Shown here: positions 31,646 through 44,451 of the stretch, in pieces
How the letters are laid out: every line of letters starts with the position of its first letter
Numbering within the stretch: position 1 is the first letter of the stretch
Source of the DNA: Wickerhamiella versatilis
Lineage: Eukaryota
Direction: 5' to 3'
NCBI GenBank assembly: GCA_030867685.1
Contig: JAQOWU010000008.1
Span: 2,976,001 to 3,040,000 of the forward strand
DNA: 64,000 nt
Translations under genes and position numbers: made by a program
The notes under the pieces: model-generated
What the model saw: the letters and a program-made list of their open reading frames with translations, nothing else
Databases searched by the model: none
Told to the model about the DNA's origin: nothing

Positions 31646-33100
31646 TTATCGATCTATCGACAGCCCTTCCATATCGTCAAGAAGTTCTGAAACATCAATC
31701 ACAGGCCCCGAATTGTCATCAGTAGCTGCTGGTATGGCACCTTCTTGCTTGTAAAGGTTGATTGTCTGGCGCAACTCTCGATCCTCTTCAAGCTCCTGCA
31801 GAAATACTTCATAGTCATGCTCGACTTTATCGATCTGCTGAGTATCAACATTTTCATTATATTCTTTAGCCATGCGCTTGAGCTTCCAGTTGCGCTGCCG
31901 CCGAGTACGCTGGTAACTTTTCTTGACCAGAATCACATCTGGTTTATCAATCAATGAATCCCACAAATCACTGTTAAAGTTAGACGCTTGTAAGAAGTAA
32001 CCAAGCACTAGATCTCCTGGGTGTAACAAAGCGCCTAGGTGAGATCGCACTAGGAATTGTTGCGACATGTTTGAGCTTCGGGCTACAGAAACATCTGATA
32101 ATACCCACTTTCCCCGCATTGGTCCTAAAGCTTCACAATCCAGGACGACAAATTCCGTGAGCATATCTGGTCCTGCTAGACGAGTACAAGGTTGATGCCA
32201 ATAAACACTACCGGGAAGTTCAGCAGTTTGCAAAGTATTGGGATCAAGAAACTGTAACGACTGAGTTACACGCGTACATATTACTATCTGTGAGAGACTT
32301 CCAAGCTTCTGTGCAAGATCACGAGGTAATACAACTAGATCCTCTCGGCATATCGGCGCAATCTCCACTGAATAAGTAAACTTATACTGTGACTGCCCAG
32401 TATGAGTATCTTGTGAAATCAGTTGTTCGCTTCGCTTCGACCTAATAGGTGAAACCCTACTAAGGAAATCTATCATCTTGAGCGCATGCTGCGGATGAGC
32501 ATAAAAAAAATCTATGCCATCACGTGATTCTTGAATTGAGACCGTTTCAAGATGTGCATTGTGTTTAAGAATAAGCTGCTCAAGATAAAGAAATGTGCGT
32601 TTATGGCCGACTTTTTGTCGTAGCTGCACGCATGCTCTCCAGGTATGAACAGTATAGCTTCTTGCACAATCAGGGCACTGAGTAGCTACTACAACAAACT
32701 CCACCTCAAATTGTTCCTGAACTATAACTCCCGGGGCACCTTCACCTTGTACAGCTACCTTGATACGGATACGACGTGAATGAGGTTCGGTCCATAGAAA
32801 ACCTGCATCTACTAGCCGCACACGATTAAGACCCGACAGCCGCTTCAAAAGTAAAGCTAGCAATTCTCTAGATTCCGGCTGGACACCAACCCAAGTAGCA
32901 GGAGGCATGAGAAATCTCTCGCAATTCCGACAGAAGTGAATTGTACCTTCACGAGGAATATGATCAGCAACTTTGCAATGAAGACGGATACAATCCGTAC
33001 ACATAACGAGGCCAGATGTGCCATCGATAGGACGGCCACAGTTTGAGCATAAAACTGTGGCCGGGGTAAACTGGCCAACCGGCAACGGGCTACCCTCCAT
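31646..33100 (-). CDS. NMD3: 60S export adaptor Nmd3
   Basis: Zn-binding CxxC pairs, QPESRELLALLLK, FLWTEPHSRRI, HKRTFLYLEQLILKH and FLQELEED.ELR. Confidence 0.96.
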   Translation of the reverse strand: MEGSPLPVGQFTPATVLCSNCGRPIDGTSGLVMCTDCIRLHCKVADHIPREGTIHFCRNCERFLMPPATWVGVQPESRELLALLLKRLSGLNRVRLVDAGFLWTEPHSRRIRIKVAVQGEGAPGVIVQEQFEVEFVVVATQCPDCARSYTVHTWRACVQLRQKVGHKRTFLYLEQLILKHNAHLETVSIQESRDGIDFFYAHPQHALKMIDFLSRVSPIRSKRSEQLISQDTHTGQSQYKFTYSVEIAPICREDLVVLPRDLAQKLGSLSQIVICTRVTQSLQFLDPNTLQTAELPGSVYWHQPCTRLAGPDMLTEFVVLDCEALGPMRGKWVLSDVSVARSSNMSQQFLVRSHLGALLHPGDLVLGYFLQASNFNSDLWDSLIDKPDVILVKKSYQRTRRQRNWKLKRMAKEYNENVDTQQIDKVEHDYEVFLQELEEDRELRQTINLYKQEGAIPAATDDNSGPVIDVSELLDDMEGLSIDR

Positions 33101-33465
33101 ATAAATCGAGAAGTTTAGATAATTTTTTCTGGTATAACGAACGTGATTAATAATACTCTAGCATTAGCATAGGGGACCACCTCGGCGACTATCAACTTTT
33201 TTTCAGAGTTCTTTCAGCTATTAATACAAATTTTATTAAATTTGATATGATCTCTTCATTACAGGCTGTGCTCGACTTGGCAGGGTGATTGCAGATAGAC
33301 AATATTTACAAATTCGCCAATAGCTTCACCAAGATGAAATCTAAAGAAAATAATATGTATATCACCTTATAAAAACTTCAAGACGGGCTCCACATTTTTT
33401 TAATCGGCTATCTGTCTCTGTTTTCCTCCTCCAGTTGAAAAGTTAGTAACAACTTACTGTTCCAC

Positions 33466-36400
33466 ATGGACACGGGCGTGTCAGAGCTGCTGGCAGAACT
33501 CGCTGCCAAGACGGACAGCTTCGAAAGTCTGGCGCCCCACGATTTGAATGAAGGTAAGTGGAATGCTGCGCAGGTCGCGGCTGCCTTATTATTCGTTGGG
33601 AGGAGCCAGGATGCAAGTATCACTGGCTTTACGAAAGCTGCCCATAACAAATGCAGTTCAACTGATTGGGCCCTTGTCTGGCCCCTCCTCGAGCAGAAGA
33701 GTTTTGACTGGATACGTATTTTGCGGGTAGCAATGCTTTTGGGTGGAAGTGATGCTGCTGAATCGATCCTGCAATATCCTTGGAAATCACCCTCTACCAT
33801 AGTAGTCTCACTGCTTAAACTCAACGCTGGCGAAATACCTTTGCCTCCCTTGTCCACCGAGGAAACGGATTCTGCACTCAACCTCCGGGGTGTACCAAGA
33901 TTTCTGCTTTCGGCTGCCGCTGACCCCGAGGCCGCCGCGTTCGCTGCTGAGTGGACAGCGTCAAAGCCACGTCTCTTCCTGCTCGATGGACTAAGGGCGA
34001 ATCCCCCATCTTCACTACTTCTGAGCGTGGCTTGGCCTAATTTCATCATGAAGCAACCGAGTTTGGCCGAATACTCAGAACTCAACAGGATTAATCCACA
34101 ATTCGTATTTTTTGCTTTCATGGATCAAGGTGGGCCTTTGGATGTTGCTCTGAATTTTGTGAAGGGATGGGTAAATCACGGAGTTGCTTGGCTAGGTCGT
34201 GGATATGTCTATGCCCTTGATCTTGTTGCTGCTTTAGAAGAACCTTTGGATGCTCTGACTGCGTTCACCTCCACTGGGCCCGAATCACTTGCAGTTCTTC
34301 TCGCCTTTATGGACCTTAAGCTGGCAGAAACGCCGCCAATCCTATCTCTAAAATTCGTGGCTGCCTTCGAAAGCCTAACAGCGAGTGTGGAGATGCCGCC
34401 GGACAGGTTGGAACAATTAAAAAGTATACAGATTCATTGTCTTCAAGCATTTCCACGTCTCATCAATTTCGGCCAAGGTCATGACGAGGCGATTCTGGCT
34501 AATCAAGACCTCCCAGCATTCCCTCTAGATGTCGAAACTGGAATGAAAGCGGTTTTTCAACAGATGTATGAGGGACATCTTGAGATTCGAGATGTTATAG
34601 CCATGTTGGAGCGTCTCAAAGACAGTGACGAACCACATGATCAGGACCTCTTTGCCTGTATGATCCATTCTTTATTCGATGAATGTAGATTTTTCCCGAA
34701 TTACCCTGTGAATGCTTTAGCAACGACAGCCGTACTGTTTGGCTCGTTGGTTCACTTTCGTCTCATCGACAAAATCCCGCTTTCTATCGCAATGAGATTC
34801 ATTTTGGAGTCATTGCGACAACCGATAGAATCCAACATGTTTCGTTTCGGGCTTCAGGCACTATTCGAACTTCGCCGAAGGTTACCTGAATTCCCGAAAT
34901 ATTGCTCCGTTCTTCTTGCTATTCCTGGGTTAGCCAGCCAGCAGCAATTTTATCAGCAGATCAAGAAGATTGTGGAACCGGTCACGGAACAGCCTACGAC
35001 TGTAGTACCAGGTCTGGATGCTGGCTCTCTTTTGGTAATTGTTGAACCGCCTGAGCAAACGAGGGATAAGATTTTCTTTGTACTCAATAATTTGACATCG
35101 CGCAATGCAGCAACTAAAGCCACTGAGCTAGCACAATGTCTGAGTGATGAGCGCACACACGCTTGGTTGTCCCGCTACCTTGTGACCGAGAGAGCAGCTC
35201 AGGAGCCCAACAATCAGGCTCTTTACTTGCAGGTCCTCGAGACATTACCTATGCTTATTCAATTTTGTTTGCGCGTGACTTATGCTGAATCTGCAAAGCT
35301 TCTGTCATCCCAGGAAGTGCTCTCCTCAGAGTCGCGTACAAAGCTCAAAAACCTAGGCTCTTTCTTAGGCGGCTTAACTCTTGCACGCAAGCGTCCGCCT
35401 CTACACATAAACTTTCAGCCTAAGGTTCTTTTATCAGATGCCTATTATCGTGAAAGACTTCCTGCTGTCTTACCCTTCATTTGCCGCATTTTAGCTCAAG
35501 CGGTAAACTCGCCGGTGTTTGGACCGCAAACGCCTTGGATGCTAGGCATACTTGGTGTACTCAGTGAGCTATACCACCATACAGACCTCCGCCTCAATCT
35601 CAAATTTGAAATTGAAGTATTATGCTCTGCTCTTGGGGTTCAGATAAATGATATTGAAGCTAGCGATTATGTTCGCAATGGTGGTGAACCACCCGAAGTT
35701 GAGGTTGAACGTATGAATTTGCTTGATCAAGTCCCTGTGGGTGTCCCACTAACAGCTTCCGGAATGGCACCTCCACCTCCTATGATTACCCCAGCCCCTG
35801 CACAGGCACAAATGGCACCAATCCTTCAAGGATCTACAGACTTCACAAATCACCCTGCACTCCGGCCACTTCTTGATTTGGCAGTATCTAAAACGATGCA
35901 GGAAGTACTTCTTCCCATGGTAGAGCGGTCAGCGTCAATTGCATCTTTCACTTCCAAAGAGCTTGTCTCCAAGGATTATGCACTAGAGCCCAGTGAGGCG
36001 AAACTCAAATCAGCGGCTCATTCTTTAGCTGGTTCGTTGGCTGCATCATTAGCCTTGGTCAGTACAAAAGAGCCATTTCTAGAGGCGCTTGCAACTAATC
36101 TTCGAGCTTTAATAGTCCAACAGGGACAAGATACGCCTCTGATAGTTGATCAAATTCCGATAGCTGCCCGTGAACACACGGAGCTACTTACTCCTTTCAT
36201 TGAGCAGACTGCACGAGACAGAGCCACTACTGAGGTCGACGAGGCATTGGTTGATGCATACGTTGGGCGACAGCGCCATCAACCTCTTAGTGCCTCAGAT
36301 AGTGCGACGAAGAATCTTCCACCACCACTATCGCTCCAGCCTGGTGGACTAACACTACAACAACTAGCAGTGTACGAAAGGTTTGGAGGAAACATGGCAG

Positions 36401-38394
36401 TGTCGCTCACTCCGGAGCCAGAGCTTGCTGCAGGTCTCCAGCGGGGTATTGATGAACTCAGCAAGCTCAAAGGTACTGAATCTTTGGAAGAGTTGGATCA
36501 GGACAGCCTTGCGATATCAAGTGTCTCTCATCTTAGCCAAATTGCTCAGCAAGCTGCAGGAATAGGAGGAGATGATGTGTTGCTGGCGGCATCGCAGCAT
36601 GCTGTTCATGCCTTATTTGCTTCTAGAGACCCTAATGCGAATCTCTCAAGAGCTACTTTGTGTGTTCTACTGGGTCGACTTTGTGAACTTAGTGCAACAA
36701 CAGCGAAGGAGGTATTACTTTGGTTAATCTATGCAGATGACGAGCGCCGCTTTAATATCCCCGTAATGTCGTCCTTATTGCGGGCTGGATTGTTGACTCC
36801 GGCTGAGCTGGATGTGACGTTGTGTCGTGATGTTCAGGCTGGATCTATTACGGCCCAGCGGTTTGCGGCAGGTATTGTTCTAGAGACGGTAATGGGTCCA
36901 CAACCATGTGCGTTGAAAACAGACTTTGCGGGTTCCATTTCAGCGCTAGCATCGCAGCCAGACTCGGTGCCGTCTAAAATACTTTTCTCCGCTTTCGAGA
37001 AAGCAGCAGGGGGGTCAAAACCTTCAGAATCTGAGCTCTTCGCAGAATGGATGCGACTTGTACAACATCCTGCTGCAACTCCGGCCTTACTTGTGGCATT
37101 TGTAGCAGATATTGAGCCGAACAAAATACCTAAAACAGTTAGATCAGCTGTGGAAATTGGGGTTGCGAGTTTTGCTAAAACTGGAAGTTTTGTAGGCGTG
37201 GATGCTGCCGCAAAATTTATTACGACACTCAGCAAAGACAGTCAAGTGAGGCCACTTCTCATGATACCTGCGTTTTTACTCGCGAAAGATCATGAGAGCC
37301 CGGATTTTTCGCAACAGGCCTACTTCCGCTTACTATCTAGCATAGCTGTTGACTTGCCGGTCGATGCTACCAAAGACTTTGCAGCTGTCTTGGCACTATT
37401 ACAACCAAAGGCTCTTCCAGGGTTTACTTCAGCGTGGATCGCGTTGATTAGCCACAGGTTCGTATTGCCTCGTCTCTTGGAGACAGGTTGGCCTGAGCTT
37501 TTGCGACTCCTAGTCGCTCTATTTCGGTTTCTTGGCTCTATCGCAGATCCGGTAGTAGGAGATTCACTGGCTCTAACAGTACTTGCCACAGAGCGCATAT
37601 TATTGGTCATAATGCATGATGAGCCAGAGTTTTTGGTGAGGGAGGCAATAGAACTTGTTTCCTCTTTGACTCCTGTTTATTCACATCTGAGAAATTTAAT
37701 TCTTTCCGCGTTCCCGCCTGGGATTGAGCTTCCACCACCTGCTGGTCCTTTGCCATCAGCTTTGAAGGCACCAGAAGGTGCATCAGAAGATGCGGCGAGG
37801 ATTCTCCAAAACCTTGGTGCAATTTCTGTCGTCGACCAGGCTATCAGGAGCCAATCACCTACGAATGTACAAGCTATTATCACTGCATTAACACATCTTA
37901 AGCCGCGCCACATGGTGGGCCTCGATTTTGAACAGGCATCGATATCGCCTTTAGGCATGAATGCACTCGCGGCGTACTTGGCGGGACCATGGGATGAGGA
38001 AAAGGCACAATCGCAGCTTGCTGCGCGACTATTTGTTGTTGCTAATGCTGAAGGACGCTATTTCTGGGCCTCTGCTCTAGTAAATTTGCTTAGATTTCCT
38101 TCTACACACACTATTTGGACGCAAAATCTCGTCATAGCCTTGTTTGGAGCTTGGGGAGATCGGCAATTGGGTACGCGAGCTTCAGAAGTGCGGAACATAG
38201 TGGCGCGTGCCTTGATGGAGAGAGCAGTAGCAAATAGGCCACACCCTTGGGGAGTAATGGCAACGCTTGGTAGGCTTATGAGAGATACCTCCAGCCGGTT
38301 CTGGAAGATGTCTGCAATTAAAGCCAGCCCTGAGATTGAAGCTGTATTTACATCTATGTATGCACACATTGCCGCAACTGAGACAGCCGCTTAA
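33466..38394 (+). CDS. CDC39: CCR4-NOT scaffold Not1
   Basis: FACMIHSLFDE.RFF..YP, DKIFFVLNNL, LKNLGSFLG.LTLA, LNLKFEIEVL, PGF..AWIALISHR and RPHPWG. Confidence 0.95.
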   Translation: MDTGVSELLAELAAKTDSFESLAPHDLNEGKWNAAQVAAALLFVGRSQDASITGFTKAAHNKCSSTDWALVWPLLEQKSFDWIRILRVAMLLGGSDAAESILQYPWKSPSTIVVSLLKLNAGEIPLPPLSTEETDSALNLRGVPRFLLSAAADPEAAAFAAEWTASKPRLFLLDGLRANPPSSLLLSVAWPNFIMKQPSLAEYSELNRINPQFVFFAFMDQGGPLDVALNFVKGWVNHGVAWLGRGYVYALDLVAALEEPLDALTAFTSTGPESLAVLLAFMDLKLAETPPILSLKFVAAFESLTASVEMPPDRLEQLKSIQIHCLQAFPRLINFGQGHDEAILANQDLPAFPLDVETGMKAVFQQMYEGHLEIRDVIAMLERLKDSDEPHDQDLFACMIHSLFDECRFFPNYPVNALATTAVLFGSLVHFRLIDKIPLSIAMRFILESLRQPIESNMFRFGLQALFELRRRLPEFPKYCSVLLAIPGLASQQQFYQQIKKIVEPVTEQPTTVVPGLDAGSLLVIVEPPEQTRDKIFFVLNNLTSRNAATKATELAQCLSDERTHAWLSRYLVTERAAQEPNNQALYLQVLETLPMLIQFCLRVTYAESAKLLSSQEVLSSESRTKLKNLGSFLGGLTLARKRPPLHINFQPKVLLSDAYYRERLPAVLPFICRILAQAVNSPVFGPQTPWMLGILGVLSELYHHTDLRLNLKFEIEVLCSALGVQINDIEASDYVRNGGEPPEVEVERMNLLDQVPVGVPLTASGMAPPPPMITPAPAQAQMAPILQGSTDFTNHPALRPLLDLAVSKTMQEVLLPMVERSASIASFTSKELVSKDYALEPSEAKLKSAAHSLAGSLAASLALVSTKEPFLEALATNLRALIVQQGQDTPLIVDQIPIAAREHTELLTPFIEQTARDRATTEVDEALVDAYVGRQRHQPLSASDSATKNLPPPLSLQPGGLTLQQLAVYERFGGNMAVSLTPEPELAAGLQRGIDELSKLKGTESLEELDQDSLAISSVSHLSQIAQQAAGIGGDDVLLAASQHAVHALFASRDPNANLSRATLCVLLGRLCELSATTAKEVLLWLIYADDERRFNIPVMSSLLRAGLLTPAELDVTLCRDVQAGSITAQRFAAGIVLETVMGPQPCALKTDFAGSISALASQPDSVPSKILFSAFEKAAGGSKPSESELFAEWMRLVQHPAATPALLVAFVADIEPNKIPKTVRSAVEIGVASFAKTGSFVGVDAAAKFITTLSKDSQVRPLLMIPAFLLAKDHESPDFSQQAYFRLLSSIAVDLPVDATKDFAAVLALLQPKALPGFTSAWIALISHRFVLPRLLETGWPELLRLLVALFRFLGSIADPVVGDSLALTVLATERILLVIMHDEPEFLVREAIELVSSLTPVYSHLRNLILSAFPPGIELPPPAGPLPSALKAPEGASEDAARILQNLGAISVVDQAIRSQSPTNVQAIITALTHLKPRHMVGLDFEQASISPLGMNALAAYLAGPWDEEKAQSQLAARLFVVANAEGRYFWASALVNLLRFPSTHTIWTQNLVIALFGAWGDRQLGTRASEVRNIVARALMERAVANRPHPWGVMATLGRLMRDTSSRFWKMSAIKASPEIEAVFTSMYAHIAATETAA

Positions 38395-38875
38395 TGGGGT
38401 TTGAGGTGTCTGTTTCTTAGAATTTTAGAGTTAGATTCTTCTCCTAAGGCCTATTGTTATTTTTGTTCTAAGCATGATAAGTACATTAGGCACTGATTTC
38501 TCATGATTTGACAAGGATCATATATCAAACTTAATGCTAAATGAAAAGCACAGAATATGGTAGATTTCTGAATGGCACGCTAATCTGCTATAGCAGAATC
38601 GCAAATCAAACTTAGAAAATAAAGGTTGATATCAAGCACTGTTAGTTTCATTTGCCTGATAAAATATAGGAATCTATGCATATTAATACTTGTTTTTATG
38701 CAATAATTGCCCATTTATGTTATTTTGGTTCTAGTAACAGTTAAGGACAATCATCGACTAAGTTTGGCCGATGACCAGCGTACGGCCAACTTAATAATGA
38801 ATCTTGTTTATCTCTTTTAAGTTTTACTGTTTGCGAATATTTAAAAGAGTTTGTTTTCGACCAATAGTGCCGTAA

Positions 38876-40261
<1,386 letters not shown>

Positions 40262-40705
40262 TAGCTGACTTATGCGGAATACTACTTTAAAGCTGTGCTT
40301 TCTAGAGGCCAGATACTTTTTTAGCTCATTGCTATATATTTCAAGCAGCTGCTGAGACTTTTGTGATTTGACTAACGTCGCTTGTAAAACATGTGAAATG
40401 AAGAGATTTATAGATTTATAGATATTCTAGACGATACAACAAACAAGAAAATTGAAAATCGAACCATTGTAATAATGACGAAATGCTCGATTTTTCTTTC
40501 TTGCTTTATCAGCGCATAATACGACAGCTGACACTCTTTAGCACATACCGCTAACTTCTACAATATATAAGAACACAAGCAAATGGCTTTTTTTATTGTA
40601 TTCACCAATAAACCTCATGACTATAAAAATAAACAAATATTGATTAATCATTGGGCAGAATCAATACCGCTTCACTACCTTATCAGTTTTACTCAGCTTA
40701 CCGCA

Positions 40706-43465
40706 ATGAGCACCGGAGACCACCGGGGCGAGTATGGTGGAATACGGCCGTCAGAGTCAAGAAGCGGATTAGAGATGCCTGCTCGACGGCGACTTTTTGA
40801 TCCATCTCTTGTAAATCCACATCAAGCACTGGACCTTGAGGCAGAGGGTCGAAGTGTGCGAGATCAGGCAGCGTCATTAAGCTCAAGAGCTGTCTTGGAG
40901 GGTTTGAATTCAGATGGTAGTGATGAGGAAGAAGAAAGTACTGCAGCTATTGAGGAGTCTATTGACGAGATCTATTCGGATGAAGTCCCAGTGCCCTATA
41001 CCCCACCGGCTCAAGAACCGTACTCAGAAGTATCTTCACTATTGCCTCAACGTACGGCCTCTCCTGAGTCAAAACCACAGCGTCATAGTTTCGCTGTAAA
41101 GATCTTTGGCTATCTTCCATCCGTTGCAATAGGCCTTCTATTGAATATCCTTGATGGCTTGTCTTACGGAATGATCCTGTTTCCTATTGGTACGAAGATG
41201 TTCAATAATATGGAAAGTGTTGGTTTGGCTCTGTTCTATGTGTCTACAATCGTGTCTCAGCTTGTCTATAGTCTGGGTGGATCACATTTTAAGGCATGTG
41301 TCGGCAGTGAGATGATCGAAATCGTGCCTTTTTTCCATGCAATAGCCCTGAAGATTTCAGGGTCTATTGGTCCAGAGTATGGCAAAGAGCATGTATTGTC
41401 AACCACTATTACAGCCTTTGCTTTCTCTTCCATTATTACTGGTATGGTTTTCTTCGCCCTAGGATATCTGAGGCTAGGTGCTTTGGTTGGCTTTTTTCCC
41501 CGACACATTCTAGTGGGATGCATTGGCGGTGTTGGATGGTTCCTTACTGCTACCGGCCTAGAAGTTGCGGCCAGATTACCCAACAGCCTTGAATATAATC
41601 TTGTCAACCTGAAGTATCTACTTCAGCCAGAAACCCTAGCACGCTGGACATCTTGTCTAGCTCTGGGACTAATCTTGATGTGGGCAGAGAGAAGATTCCC
41701 ACATCCCTTAGTAGTGCCAGGGACACTTATCGCTACCTTTTTTATTTTTCATATAATAGTTGCAATCAGCGCATTGGACTTGGACATGCTAAGGAGGTGG
41801 GGATGGTGCTTTCCGGCACAGCCTTCAGGAGAGCCATGGTATTACTTTTATGAACTTTACAAGCCTTCACAAATTCATTTTAGGGAGATTCTAGAAACCA
41901 TTCCTGAAATGCTCGCATTGACCTTCTTCGGTATAATTCATGTTCCAATCAATGTTCCTGCTTTTGCGGCTGCCACAAAAATGGATGATGTCAATGTCAA
42001 TAGAGAGCTAGTTGCCCATGGAGTCTCTAATACTTTATCGGGGCTTATTGGATCAATCCAGAACTACCTCGTCTATACTAATTCTGTTCTCTTTGTTAAA
42101 TCTGGAGCGGATTCAGCAACTGCAGGTGTTCTACTAGCAATAGCTACATTCTTGGTCATGATTGCTGGGCCTGTCGTGATTGGGTATATTCCTGTAATTG
42201 TCGTGGCGTCTCTTATCTTCATGATGGGTATTGATCTGATGTTCGAAGCTCTTGTGGATACGTGGACAACTTTGGACAGGAAAGAATATTTCACTGTAGT
42301 CGCAATTGTAGTCATAATGGGTGGTTACGATTTCGTTATAGGTATTCTTGCGGGAATTATTCTTGCTTGTCTGTTTTTCGTTATTACTTCTGCTCGTAAT
42401 GATCCAATAAAAGCTACTTTTACTGGAGATACAGCACATTCTACTGTTAGGCGTCATCCTTTGCTTCAGCGGTTTTTGGCAAAGGTTGGTACCCAAATTT
42501 ACGTTATGAAGTTACAAGGTGCTCTTTTCTTTGGCACTAACGTACGAATTGAACGTTCTGTACGTGAACTACTTGCCTCCGATTGGCCGCACCCAATCAA
42601 ATACCTTATTGTAGACTTGAACAGCGTGACGGACATCGACTTTTGCAGTGCGGACACCTTTGCGCGCCTGAAAAGATTGCTCGATGCAAGCAGAGTTCAA
42701 CTAATTCTCAGTGGTGCTCACCAGTCCGCCACCAAGGTTAGAGGTCTCCGTGCCGTGGACCTCATAACTGATGGAGATGGGTCAGTAAAGGTATTTCCGA
42801 GTCTTAATACTGCATTGGAATGGTGTGAAAACCAGTTTCTTCAGAATTTCTACCGGCATCGTGATTCTGTTAGCACTCGTCGTCGAATCGGCCACAACAT
42901 CGGAGAACCCCGGCATGGCAGTACGACGTCTTCTTTTAGTGTGTCCGGAGTAACACCACGCACTACTACGTTAAGGGATGCCGTGGTAAATTCCGCTGAT
43001 GAAGAAAGGCGTGCTGGTATAAAATGGAGGCGTTTTCAACAACCTTTTGCCCTCATAATCCAAACGGTGAGCGGTATCAGTGATCGTGATGAAGATTTTT
43101 GGTTCCGTGTCTCTAAATATTTTCATCGCCGTGACCTTCTGGCTGGAACTGTGATCTCTGATAGCCAATTTGTCTTAATTGAAACGGGTTCTCTAAATGT
43201 TCAGTATCATTCTGGCTTCTATGAGACTGTGCTTGCTGGTACCGCTTGGGGTGAGCTTTCATTATTTGGTAAGATAAGTTCAGGTGCCAAGGTCTCAGTA
43301 GAGTCGCCCAGTGTGCTCTGGACGTTGACACAGAGTTCATACCGAGAAATGTTAAACGCAGAAGATGGATCGGACCTGGCTTTAGGATTGCAGTCAGTGG
43401 CCTTTCATATTGCTACTGAGCGTTTTGCTGCATTAACACAATTTATTGAAGTTGCTGCAGCTTAG
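40706..43465 (+). CDS. VSB1: SulP/SLC26-like vacuolar basic amino acid transporter (SulP + STAS + cNMP-like)
   Basis: GLLLNILDGLSYGMILFP, GSEMIEIVPFFH, FFPRHILVGCIGGVG, IQNYLVYTNS and LNTALEWCEN. Confidence 0.88.
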   Translation: MSTGDHRGEYGGIRPSESRSGLEMPARRRLFDPSLVNPHQALDLEAEGRSVRDQAASLSSRAVLEGLNSDGSDEEEESTAAIEESIDEIYSDEVPVPYTPPAQEPYSEVSSLLPQRTASPESKPQRHSFAVKIFGYLPSVAIGLLLNILDGLSYGMILFPIGTKMFNNMESVGLALFYVSTIVSQLVYSLGGSHFKACVGSEMIEIVPFFHAIALKISGSIGPEYGKEHVLSTTITAFAFSSIITGMVFFALGYLRLGALVGFFPRHILVGCIGGVGWFLTATGLEVAARLPNSLEYNLVNLKYLLQPETLARWTSCLALGLILMWAERRFPHPLVVPGTLIATFFIFHIIVAISALDLDMLRRWGWCFPAQPSGEPWYYFYELYKPSQIHFREILETIPEMLALTFFGIIHVPINVPAFAAATKMDDVNVNRELVAHGVSNTLSGLIGSIQNYLVYTNSVLFVKSGADSATAGVLLAIATFLVMIAGPVVIGYIPVIVVASLIFMMGIDLMFEALVDTWTTLDRKEYFTVVAIVVIMGGYDFVIGILAGIILACLFFVITSARNDPIKATFTGDTAHSTVRRHPLLQRFLAKVGTQIYVMKLQGALFFGTNVRIERSVRELLASDWPHPIKYLIVDLNSVTDIDFCSADTFARLKRLLDASRVQLILSGAHQSATKVRGLRAVDLITDGDGSVKVFPSLNTALEWCENQFLQNFYRHRDSVSTRRRIGHNIGEPRHGSTTSSFSVSGVTPRTTTLRDAVVNSADEERRAGIKWRRFQQPFALIIQTVSGISDRDEDFWFRVSKYFHRRDLLAGTVISDSQFVLIETGSLNVQYHSGFYETVLAGTAWGELSLFGKISSGAKVSVESPSVLWTLTQSSYREMLNAEDGSDLALGLQSVAFHIATERFAALTQFIEVAAA

Positions 43466-43640
43466 CAGCAAAGCCAAGCACTAGGATTAGAGTTTTCGTC
43501 AATAATAGCGAGACCGTAAAGACCTTAAAAAAATTAACATATTTCCAATTAAATCAAGATGTTCCTTTGTATCAGGTCTAACATAGAATATTAGTTTTTA
43601 AAGCCGTAATAAGGCCTTTCGACAGTTGGTGTGTCACGTA

Positions 43641-44195
43641 ATGAGTTACTGGGAGGACCGGAGCGATGATACTGGGCGAGAATTAGACCCGTTAATTGCT
43701 TCGCTCCAGGCACCTCCTCGTTACAGGGTTCGTAGAGGAACCAGTGCTACTAAGGTAAATGACTTGAGTGAGCAACTGCGTTCTATTATAGCCCCTCAGT
43801 TTCAGCAAATGGAATCAGAGCTTTCAGTCTCGATTGATCAACTTCAATCGCACCTCAGTGAGTTGGAATCACTTTATAATCAGACGCGTGATTTTGTGGA
43901 ACATTTTCAAAACCAAATAGATCTTTCTAAGGAAGACTTTGACGCACAGTGGTCACGCTTGTCAGATTGGGACGACCACCATGATGATGTTTCACAAATG
44001 CGGTATAGAGTTAGAGCATTACAAGAAAAGCTCACTGAAAGTAAAAAGAGGCTGCTTGGGCTCGATCAAGCCATCACAGCAACTGGAAAAGAAGCATATC
44101 AGCGCGAACACCAGGTACAATTATGGGGTCGTATAATTCTGGCATTAGTTGTTGTGGCTATTGCTATTGGCATAAAATTACTGTGGTATCGCTAG
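43641..44195 (+). CDS. Hypothetical tail-anchored coiled-coil protein
   Basis: 184 aa from the first ATG; heptad-rich core and a single C-terminal TM segment (IILALVVVAIAIGI). Confidence 0.75.
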   Translation: MSYWEDRSDDTGRELDPLIASLQAPPRYRVRRGTSATKVNDLSEQLRSIIAPQFQQMESELSVSIDQLQSHLSELESLYNQTRDFVEHFQNQIDLSKEDFDAQWSRLSDWDDHHDDVSQMRYRVRALQEKLTESKKRLLGLDQAITATGKEAYQREHQVQLWGRIILALVVVAIAIGIKLLWYR

Positions 44196-44451
44196 CTATA
44201 CACCTGTATAGGCATGAAGCACGTGCCATCAATATTTAATTTTCCACTCAGAGGCATCATTGTTGTTGATTTTGAGACACTCTGTATCGGTAGTATAATC
44301 CTCATAGAGCTGATCATTTCATTTTAATCTAGCATCCTTAAATTGCAGTAAATGACAAATTAATATGCCGAAGAGGAAGACCTGTGACAATTTTGTCCAT
44401 TTGCTGAGTAAATCTTTTGCATTCATTCAGGGACCTCGAAACGAGGCTAAA

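Noticed and set aside
33429-33457. Minus-strand GTAAGT followed by TACTAAC
   Set aside because: The 5' splice site and branch point are only about 3 nt apart, too close to splice.
33408-34121. 237-aa ORF antisense to the NOT1 5' end
   Set aside because: Shadow ORF with Ser/Ala-rich antisense composition.
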